Source of the DNA: Candidatus Iainarchaeum sp.
GTDB lineage: Archaea > Iainarchaeota > Iainarchaeia > Iainarchaeales > 0-14-0-20-34-12
Reading direction: 5' to 3'
Assembly (NCBI GenBank): GCA_030649345.1
Contig: JAUSKK010000013.1
Coordinates: forward strand, 1 to 8,387
DNA length: 8,387 nucleotides
Shown here: positions 1 through 6,042 of the stretch, piece after piece
How the letters are laid out: each line of letters opens with the position of its first letter
Numbering within the stretch: position 1 is the stretch's first letter
Translations under genes and position numbers: made by a program
Notes under the pieces: model-generated
What the model was told of the DNA's origin: nothing
Databases searched by the model: none
Seen by the model: the letters and a program-made list of their open reading frames with translations, nothing else

Positions 1-29
1 AACAAACACTAATACATATAGGTACTAAA

Positions 30-116
30 ATGCAAACAAAAAATAAACTTGAAAATAATCAATCTGATTCAAAATTTGTTTCATTTAGCAACCGCTTTTT
101 TAGCTATTGGTTTTAA
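30..116 (+). CDS. 28-codon mini-ORF MQTKNKLENNQSDSKFVSFSNRFFSYWF*. Either a candidate aromatic-codon-rich leader peptide or the C-terminal tail of an upstream gene cut by the window edge
   Basis: Hand translation: ATG 30-32, TAA 114-116. 7 of the last 13 codons are Phe/Tyr/Trp (TTT 75, 84, 96, 99, 111; TAT 105; TGG 108). Weak SD-like AGGT at 20-23. Caveat: this frame is open from position 3, so it may continue leftward out of the window. Confidence 0.3.
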   Translation: MQTKNKLENNQSDSKFVSFSNRFFSYWF

Positions 117-153
117 TCCACGGCACTAACAATCTTTTTCTTAGTTGCCCGGA
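117..153 (+). promoter_or_regulatory. Imperfect RNA hairpin directly after the mini-ORF stop. Its 3' arm runs into a GGAGG (151-155). The loop contains a T5 run (135-139).
   Basis: Manual pairing: 122-125 with 146-149, 126-129 with 141-144 (T145 bulged), outer 117-119 with 151-153, 11-nt loop 130-140. No U-run follows the stem, so it is not a classic intrinsic terminator. The T5 could act as an archaeal-style oligo-T terminator for an upstream gene. Confidence 0.25.
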
Positions 154-163
154 GGGATTCAAT

Positions 164-182
164 CTATAAAATTAAATAATAT
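164..182 (+). promoter_or_regulatory. A/T-rich TATA-like stretch (ctataaaattaaataatat); possible operon promoter (archaeal TATA box, or bacterial -10 TAATAT at 177-182)
   Basis: Position only: about 20-35 nt upstream of the SD/ATG at 189-203. AT-rich background makes such matches common. No convincing BRE or -35 found. Confidence 0.2.
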
Positions 183-200
183 TAAATTGAGGTGGAAAAT

Positions 201-344
201 ATGAAAACAGGAAAACAAAAAATAAATCAAATAAAAAAAGTCAGTAGTAAAGAAATGAACTTAGTGGAACAAGCTCAAAGTCAAGGTCTTTGGCAGTCGT
301 GTCTTTATCAACAGCCCTGTCTTTTTGGCGAACATTGTAATTAA
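201..344 (+). CDS. 47-aa small ORF MKTGKQKINQIKKVSSKEMNLVEQAQSQGLWQSCLYQQPCLFGEHCN*. Unknown function; candidate leader or translational-coupling ORF for the operon
   Basis: Hand translation: ATG 201, TAA 342-344. Strong SD GAGGTGG at 189-195, 5 nt before the ATG, as good as any SD in the window. Overlaps the next gene's TTG start (325) by 20 nt. Lys-rich N-terminal half. C-terminal tail has three L-aromatic...Cys units (LWQSC, LYQQPC, LFGEHC). Confidence 0.5.
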   Translation: MKTGKQKINQIKKVSSKEMNLVEQAQSQGLWQSCLYQQPCLFGEHCN

Positions 345-1110
345 AGTCGGTGGTTCTTGTCTTAAAACAAAACAAGACTTTGAACAAGTCAGTCGAAAAA
401 TAAAAAATTTAATTCAAAAAGGACTGCGTCCTATTTTAGTTGTTTCAGCGGTTAATGGCACAACCAATAGTTTATTGAATATTTTACCGGATTCACAAAC
501 CAAAAAAGAAAACGAATTGCGGGACTCTGTTTTAGCCGAAGGGGAAATTTTAAGTGCTAAAATTCTTGCAGCTCATTTATCCAATCATCAAATTTTAACT
601 GAAACTATTTTGCCCAATGATTCAAATTGGTTTATTGTAACCAATAATCAACACGGGGATGCTGAGATTTTAGCTAATATTACTGAGAGAAAAGCTCAAA
701 AAGCATTGAATGTTTTATTGGCTAAAAATATTGTGCCTGTAATACCGGGTTTTATTGGAATTACTTTAAGTGGAAAACTCACTACTTTGGGCCGCGGTGG
801 TTCGGATACTACTGCCATTGCGATTGGTAATGCTCTTCACTGCAAAGAAATTATTTTGCTAAAAGATGTTGAAGGCATATGTGCTGTGGACCCTAAGAAA
901 AACAAGAATGCTAAAGTTATTTCCAATTTAAGTCCAAGCCAAGCCATTGAAATTTCGTTGAATGGCGGAAAAGTAGTTCATCATAAAGCTTTGGCATTAA
1001 AACGCCAAGTTTCCATTCGCGTTGTTAGCAAAGATAAAGAAAATATTTTGTCAGGTGGAACTTTGATTGAAGGAGTTCTTGAAACTAAATTAATTATAGG
1101 GGGCAATTAA
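325..1110 (+). CDS. Aspartokinase-like amino acid kinase, catalytic domain only (261 aa, no C-terminal ACT domains)
   Basis: Aspartokinase-type motifs: IVIKVGGS (N-terminal KxGGS), LVVSAVNGTTNSLL, AEGEILSAKILAAHL, PGFIG...TLGRGGSDTTAIAIG, LLKDVEGICAVDPKK, GGKVVHHKAL, GGTLIEG near the C-terminus. TTG start with no SD. Stop TAA 1108-1110 abuts the next ATG. Full-length aspartokinases are about 400-470 aa with two ACT domains. Confidence 0.8.
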   Translation: MANIVIKVGGSCLKTKQDFEQVSRKIKNLIQKGLRPILVVSAVNGTTNSLLNILPDSQTKKENELRDSVLAEGEILSAKILAAHLSNHQILTETILPNDSNWFIVTNNQHGDAEILANITERKAQKALNVLLAKNIVPVIPGFIGITLSGKLTTLGRGGSDTTAIAIGNALHCKEIILLKDVEGICAVDPKKNKNAKVISNLSPSQAIEISLNGGKVVHHKALALKRQVSIRVVSKDKENILSGGTLIEGVLETKLIIGGN

Positions 1111-1887
1111 ATGTTAGGAAAACAAATTCGCTTGAAACGGATTACCAAAAAAGGAAAAGCAGTTATTATTCCTATGGATCACGGAACTACAGAAGGGCCT
1201 ATTCCTGGTTTAGAAAACATGGAAAAAATGGTGAAAAAAATTGAAAAAGGAAAAGCCACAGCAATCCTAGTTCATAAAGGTATTTTGCAAAACTTAAACC
1301 ATGTGCCCAATTGTGGTGTAATTCTGCATTTGTCGGCATCCACTAAATTAGGTCAAGATCCAGAGCATAAAGTTTTGGTGGCCAGTGTACAAGAAGCGAT
1401 TCATTTGGGTGCTGATGCTGTTTCCATTCATGTAAATATTGGGGGAAATATTCATGAAAACAGTATGCTGGAATCTTTGGGAAAAATTTCCAAAGACTGT
1501 CTGGAAAATCAAATTCCCTTGCTGGCTATGATGTACCCTAGAGGCAAAAATATTGCCAAAATTGATCCGGAAACAATTTCGCATATAGCTAGAATTGGCG
1601 GAGAATTGGGTGCAGATTTAGTGAAAACGGTTTACACTGGAAATGAAAAGTCATTCAAAAAAATTGTAGATAGTTGTCCTGTGCCTATCGTAATTGCCGG
1701 CGGCCCAAAATGTTCGACGGATCAAGAAGTATTGGAAATGGTGAAAGGAGCAATGAATGCAGGTGCAATTGGAGTATCTTTAGGACGAAATGCATTTCAG
1801 CATAAAAATCCTGTGGCCATGGTTCGTGCGATTCGAGAAATTGTTGTAAAAAATGCAGAAGTAAAAGATGCATTGGAATTGATGTGA
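1111..1887 (+). CDS. aroA': 2-amino-3,7-dideoxy-D-threo-hept-6-ulosonate (ADH) synthase, DhnA-family class I aldolase (archaeal-type step 1 of shikimate pathway)
   Basis: DhnA/class I aldolase motifs IIPMDHG, GADAVSIHVN, LLAMMYPRG, GADLVKT (Schiff-base Lys region), VIAGGPK, GVSLGRN. Lies directly upstream of DHQ synthase II. G-rich SD AGGGGG at 1098-1103. Context argues against a glycolytic FBP aldolase, but sequence alone does not exclude it. Confidence 0.8.
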   Translation: MLGKQIRLKRITKKGKAVIIPMDHGTTEGPIPGLENMEKMVKKIEKGKATAILVHKGILQNLNHVPNCGVILHLSASTKLGQDPEHKVLVASVQEAIHLGADAVSIHVNIGGNIHENSMLESLGKISKDCLENQIPLLAMMYPRGKNIAKIDPETISHIARIGGELGADLVKTVYTGNEKSFKKIVDSCPVPIVIAGGPKCSTDQEVLEMVKGAMNAGAIGVSLGRNAFQHKNPVAMVRAIREIVVKNAEVKDALELM

Positions 1888-1896
1888 GGTGAAATC

Positions 1897-2823
1897 ATGA
1901 AAGCTGTGATGATAAAAACTAAAAATAAAGAAGTTCAACGAGATGCTGTATTGGCAGGGTTTCAAGTAATGACCAATCCTGTGCCTTTAGCAGTTATTGA
2001 AACTACGCAAGATGAAGACCAAGCAATTCAAGCAGCCAAAAATAAAGAATGTTTGTATGTAAAGTGTGCGAATTGGAAAATTATTCCTTTGGAAAATTTA
2101 ATTGCAAAGACTAGATCTAAAACAAAATTAATTGCAGTAGTAAATTCTGCAAATGAAGCTAAACTTGCATTAAATGTAATGGAAATTGGAGTGGATGGAA
2201 TATTGTTGGAAACAGAACAGTCTAGTGAAGTAAAAAAATTGCAAAAGATTCTAGAAGAATCAACTGCATTAAAACCAATGCAATTAGAAACTGCTACAGT
2301 TATCCAAGTTTTGCCTTTGGGGAATGGTGCACGGTCTTGCATTGATACTTGTACTTTAATGGAAGAAAACCAAGGCTTGTTGGTAGGCAGTTCATCTCAA
2401 GGCATGTTATTGATTCAAGCTGAAGTAACTGTTAATTCTTTGGTAAATACTCGTCCCTTTCGAGTTAATGCAGGTGCAGTTTCCCTGTACACTTTGATGT
2501 CCAATGCTAAAACTCAGTATTTGGAAGAAGCTAAAGCTGGAGTTGAAGTTTTAATTATTGACAAAAAAGGGCAATGCATTCAATCCAATGTGGTTCGAAA
2601 TAAAATTGAAATTAGACCTTTAGTTTTAGTTGAAGCACAATCAAGCACTGGAAAAATTGCGAAGGTTATTCTTCAAAATGCTGAAACTGTTCGCTTAATG
2701 ACACCTCAGAAAAGCAAGGCTGTAACTGAACTAAAAAAAGGAGATACTATTTTAGGTCATTTTGAAGAAGGCGGACGCCATTTTGGAATGTTGTTGAAAG
2801 AAGAAACCATTATTGAAAAATGA
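1897..2823 (+). CDS. aroB': 3-dehydroquinate synthase II (archaeal-type, oxidative deamination/cyclisation of ADH)
   Basis: 308 aa. Contains RPFRVNAGAV, which I recall as conserved in the DHQS-II family. Sits between the DhnA aldolase and the downstream shikimate genes, with no classical AroB present. SD GAGGTGA at 1886-1892. Confidence 0.8.
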   Translation: MKAVMIKTKNKEVQRDAVLAGFQVMTNPVPLAVIETTQDEDQAIQAAKNKECLYVKCANWKIIPLENLIAKTRSKTKLIAVVNSANEAKLALNVMEIGVDGILLETEQSSEVKKLQKILEESTALKPMQLETATVIQVLPLGNGARSCIDTCTLMEENQGLLVGSSSQGMLLIQAEVTVNSLVNTRPFRVNAGAVSLYTLMSNAKTQYLEEAKAGVEVLIIDKKGQCIQSNVVRNKIEIRPLVLVEAQSSTGKIAKVILQNAETVRLMTPQKSKAVTELKKGDTILGHFEEGGRHFGMLLKEETIIEK

Positions 2824-2833
2824 GGCTGAAAAA

Positions 2834-3925
2834 ATGAATATTGTATTAACTGGATTCATGGGCTGTGGAAAAACTACGGTTGGAAAAGCTCTTGCTGAAA
2901 AAATAAAAAAAAGATTTATAGACACTGATGAATTGATTCAGAAAACTGCAGGAAAAACAATTTCAGAAATCTTTGCGGAACAAGGGGAAAAAAAATTTCG
3001 AAAATTGGAATCCAAAACCATTTCTCAGGTAAGCAAATTGGATAACCAAGTAATTGCTACTGGCGGAGGTTCTGTGTTAAATCCTGAAAACTTAAAAGTA
3101 TTAAATCGCAATGGTGTAATTTTATTTTTGAACACTAGTAACGATGTTATTTTGAAAAGAATTGAAAATCAAAAGAATCGACCATTGATGTCTGTGCAAA
3201 ATCAAAAAAAACAAGTTCAGAAATTAATGAAAAAACGAATGCCGTTTTACACACAAGCAGATTATATTTTAGATGCCAATTGTTCAATAACTGAAATTGT
3301 AAATGAAATACAGCGATTGCTTTGCAATCTCCAAGTATGCACAACTGTAACCAATAAAAAAGAACTGGCAAAAGCACTTGAATTTGAAACAGATTTAATT
3401 GAATTACGTTTAGATCAATTGCATGAAAACTTGAATGAACTGATAACCATATCGAGTGTTCCAGTAATTGTAAAAGTGCAATTTTTGAATCAATTACCTG
3501 AAGTCATTCGTTCACCTGCCGCTATTGTGGATTTGGATATTGAACAAGCAGATGATTTTGCAATTCAACAAATTCGAAGAAAACAAAAATTAGTATTGCT
3601 TTCATTTCACGATTTTCAAAAAACACCTTCCCTTGCTCAATTGACTAAAATTTTGAATCAACAAATGCAGAATGCAGATATTGGGAAAATTGTTACGTTG
3701 GGAACTAACACAGAAGACATTGATGCCATTATTGGTTTGCTAAAAATTGCAAAGAATGCCGGTTTTCCTTTAATTGCATTTTTAATGGGCGAATCTCAAA
3801 AACATACACGTACATTAATGTGCTTGAAGGGAAGCCTGCTTACGTACGCTCATGTAAACCAACCACTCGCAGTAGGGCAATCTAGTTTACAAGAACTGAA
3901 ACAAAAGGAGGCTTGCAGTGTCTGA
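2834..3925 (+). CDS. aroK/aroD: Bifunctional shikimate kinase (P-loop AroK type) / 3-dehydroquinate dehydratase type I (AroD) fusion
   Basis: N-terminal half: Walker A GFMGCGKTT, IDTD, FRKLE, ATGGGS, NRPL (AroK motifs). C-terminal half from about nt 3326: DLIELRLD, LLSFHDF.KTP (catalytic His), ADIGKIVT (Schiff-base Lys). One uninterrupted frame with no internal SD or start at the junction. I prefer ATG 2834 (SD GAGG at 2822-2825) over the ORF-track TTG at 2813. Confidence 0.88.
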   Translation: MNIVLTGFMGCGKTTVGKALAEKIKKRFIDTDELIQKTAGKTISEIFAEQGEKKFRKLESKTISQVSKLDNQVIATGGGSVLNPENLKVLNRNGVILFLNTSNDVILKRIENQKNRPLMSVQNQKKQVQKLMKKRMPFYTQADYILDANCSITEIVNEIQRLLCNLQVCTTVTNKKELAKALEFETDLIELRLDQLHENLNELITISSVPVIVKVQFLNQLPEVIRSPAAIVDLDIEQADDFAIQQIRRKQKLVLLSFHDFQKTPSLAQLTKILNQQMQNADIGKIVTLGTNTEDIDAIIGLLKIAKNAGFPLIAFLMGESQKHTRTLMCLKGSLLTYAHVNQPLAVGQSSLQELKQKEACSV

Positions 3926-4775
3926 AGAAAAAATTTTTGGATTAATCGGAGAACACATTCAGCATTCTTTGTCTCCGGCAATTCATAATCACGCTTTTCA
4001 AAAAATTGGATTGAATGCGCATTATATTTTACTGGACACTCCAAAAAATAAACTTATTAAAACCATTGAACTAATTCGACAAACTCCAGTTACTGGTGGA
4101 AATGTGACTATACCATTTAAAACAGAAATAATAAATCATTTGGATCAATTAGATCCAAGCGCGCAAACTGTGGCAGCTGTGAATACCTTTGTGAATGAAA
4201 AAGGAAAATTGACTGGATACAATACCGATGGATTGGGTGCCATTAAAGCTATTCAGACTAAGTTAAATCCTAAAAATAAAGTTATAACTATTTTAGGCTG
4301 TGGCGGTGCAGGCAAAGCCATTGCTCATAGCTTGCAGTTAGCTGGAGTTTCTAAAATTAATTTAATGGATTTAAATAAAACAAAAGCGTGTGAATTAGCT
4401 AAAAAATTAGAAGAACATTCTAAACACAAACAAATTACGGTTGTAATTAATACTGAACAAGAATTACTGAATGAATTGAAAAAAACAGATATTTTGATTA
4501 ATTGCAGTCCAATAGGCATGAGTCCAAATGCGGATGATTCGCCTATTTCAAAACAATTATTGCATTCCAGTTTGACTGTTTTAGATATTGTCTACAATCC
4601 AATTCAAACAAAATTAATTACGGACGCAAAAAAACTTGGCTGCACCGTGATTACTGGTGAAAAAATGTTATTCGAACAAGCGTTAGCTTCTTTTGAAATT
4701 TTTACAGGAAAAAAAGCACCGCGTTTAGAAATGCTGCAAGCACTTGAAACGGAGTTGAAACGGAATGGAAATTAA
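3918..4775 (+). CDS. aroE: Shikimate 5-dehydrogenase
   Basis: Motifs HSLSPAIHN, GGNVTIPFK, GYNTDG, Rossmann GCGGAGKA. GTG start with SD AAGGAGG at 3905-3911. 8-nt overlap with the upstream gene. Confidence 0.92.
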   Translation: MSEEKIFGLIGEHIQHSLSPAIHNHAFQKIGLNAHYILLDTPKNKLIKTIELIRQTPVTGGNVTIPFKTEIINHLDQLDPSAQTVAAVNTFVNEKGKLTGYNTDGLGAIKAIQTKLNPKNKVITILGCGGAGKAIAHSLQLAGVSKINLMDLNKTKACELAKKLEEHSKHKQITVVINTEQELLNELKKTDILINCSPIGMSPNADDSPISKQLLHSSLTVLDIVYNPIQTKLITDAKKLGCTVITGEKMLFEQALASFEIFTGKKAPRLEMLQALETELKRNGN

Positions 4776-6042
4776 ACTTAAGTCTTCAGGTGTTTGTGGA
4801 AAACTAAATGCACCTTCTTCTAAAAGTCATACGCATCGCGCTATTCTTGCAAGTATTTTATCTGAACAAAAAACAACAGTGATTAATCCTTTGACTTGTG
4901 ATGATACTTTGATTTCACTTAAAATTGCAAAAGCATTAAATGTGCAAGTAGAAAAACAGAAAAATAATCTTTGTTTTAGTCGTGAACAATTTCAAACAAA
5001 TCAGACAAAAATTAATTGCCAAGGTTCTGGAACAAGCTTACGTTTTTTTACCCCTGTGTGCAGTTTGGGAACAAAACCTATGACTTTGACTGGCAATACT
5101 TCTTTGCTAAAAAGACCTATGGGTGATTTGATAATTGCTTTAAACACAATTGGAATTAGCTGTAAATCTATTGAAAATAATGGTTTGCCGCCTATTTTTA
5201 TTCAACCTGGAAAAATAAAAGGAGGTTCAATTGAAATTTCAGGAATGATTAGTTCGCAATTTATCTCAGCACTATTGTTTATAGCACCATTTGCTGAAAA
5301 TCCAACCAGAATTAATGTTATTGGTAATCTTGAATCCAAGCCGTACGTGCAAATGACTTTAGATGTATTGCATGAATTCGGAATTCGAGTTGTGCAGTCT
5401 GAAAATTTAAATCATTTAATAATTTCAGGGAATCAATCGTTTAAAAGTCATGCGATTCAAGTAGAAGGCGATTATTCTTCAGCTGCATTTTTGCTAGCTG
5501 CCGGTGCCCTGACTGGAAAAGTAATTGTAGATAATTTACTTAAACAATCCAGTCAAGGTGACAAACAAATTATTGAACTATTGAGCGAAATGAATGCACA
5601 AATTAAAGTAAATAAAAATAAAGTTCAAGTAGAAAAATCAGACCTGAAAGGAATTAACATTAATGTAGAAAATATTCCGGATCTAGTTCCAATTTTAGCA
5701 GTTCTTGGAACTCAAGCGCAAGGGAAAACAATAATTGAAAATGCAGCTAGATTGCGATTTAAAGAAAGTGACAGATTAAATGCCATTTGTACTGAACTCC
5801 AAAAAATGGGTGCTCAAATTGAAGAAAAACAGGATTCTTTGGTGATTTACGGGAAAACAAAATTAAAAGGTGCAAAAATTAATTCGCATGAAGATCATAG
5901 AATTGCCATGGCGTGTGCAATTGCTGGCTTGACAGCTAATGGAACTACAAAAATTCAAAATGCGGAATGTGTAAGCAAAAGTTATCCTTTGTTTTTTTCA
6001 GATCTTGAAAAAATTGGCGGTGAAATGGAATGCAAGAATTAA
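4765..6042 (+). CDS. aroA: 3-phosphoshikimate 1-carboxyvinyltransferase (EPSP synthase)
   Basis: 425 aa. LNAPSSKSHTHRAIL (archaeal-like N-terminal motif), LKRPMGDL, KESDRL, HEDHRIAMA. 11-nt overlap with aroE. Confidence 0.94.
   Translation: MEIKLKSSGVCGKLNAPSSKSHTHRAILASILSEQKTTVINPLTCDDTLISLKIAKALNVQVEKQKNNLCFSREQFQTNQTKINCQGSGTSLRFFTPVCSLGTKPMTLTGNTSLLKRPMGDLIIALNTIGISCKSIENNGLPPIFIQPGKIKGGSIEISGMISSQFISALLFIAPFAENPTRINVIGNLESKPYVQMTLDVLHEFGIRVVQSENLNHLIISGNQSFKSHAIQVEGDYSSAAFLLAAGALTGKVIVDNLLKQSSQGDKQIIELLSEMNAQIKVNKNKVQVEKSDLKGININVENIPDLVPILAVLGTQAQGKTIIENAARLRFKESDRLNAICTELQKMGAQIEEKQDSLVIYGKTKLKGAKINSHEDHRIAMACAIAGLTANGTTKIQNAECVSKSYPLFFSDLEKIGGEMECKN

Noticed and set aside
25-84. 19-codon minus-strand ORF (ATG at 84-82 running to a stop at 27-25)
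   Set aside because: Very short, no SD, Phe/Tyr-rich only because it mirrors an A-rich stretch. No supporting context.
57-171. Short direct repeats in the leader (TCAATCT at 59-65 and 159-165; GATTCAA at 66-72 and 156-162)
   Set aside because: Only 7 nt each in low-complexity AT-rich sequence, with no flanking structure (no inverted termini, no array periodicity). Most likely chance. At best they are an unverified operator-like pair.
1-200. T-box or other riboswitch, or a tRNA-like element, in the leader (GAGGTGG at 189-195; GGAGGGATTCAATC at 151-164 looks vaguely like a T-arm)
   Set aside because: The T-box core (AGGGUGGNACCGCG-like) is not matched beyond GGTGG, and there is no specifier or antiterminator architecture. 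No acceptor, D or anticodon stems can be built around the T-arm-like string on either strand.
201-344. The small Lys-rich/Cys-rich ORF as a RiPP precursor peptide
   Set aside because: No maturation enzyme, protease or transporter genes occur in the window. All neighbours are primary-metabolism enzymes.
201-1110. The small ORF plus the aspartokinase gene as a single gene broken by a frameshift error or pseudogenisation
   Set aside because: Aspartokinases begin essentially at the xIVxKxGGS motif, which is exactly where the TTG-started ORF begins. The small ORF has its own strong SD and a clean stop, so an N-terminal extension is not expected.
2813-2833. ORF-track start (TTG 2813) for the shikimate kinase fusion, overlapping the DHQS-II stop
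   Set aside because: ATG 2834 has a GAGG SD 8 nt upstream and gives the canonical AroK N-terminus MNIVLTGFMGCGKT. The TTG adds 7 residues with no SD. It remains possible, but is the less likely start.
2905-2995. A8 homopolymer runs inside coding sequence (2905-2912, 2988-2995; similar runs near 3204 and 6703) as programmed slippage or phase-variation sites
   Set aside because: They encode Lys-rich stretches in frame within conserved domains, and such runs are expected at this base composition. No alternative frame opens after them.
1348-4519. Seven minus-strand ORFs from the track (1348-1584, 1685-1873, 1780-1965, 2028-2342, 3147-3377, 3850-4044, 4325-4519)
   Set aside because: Each lies entirely antisense to a plus-strand gene with clear family motifs. 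Their products are low-complexity, Phe/Asn/Ile/Ser-rich strings with no recognisable motifs or SD sites. This is typical shadow-ORF noise in AT-rich DNA.
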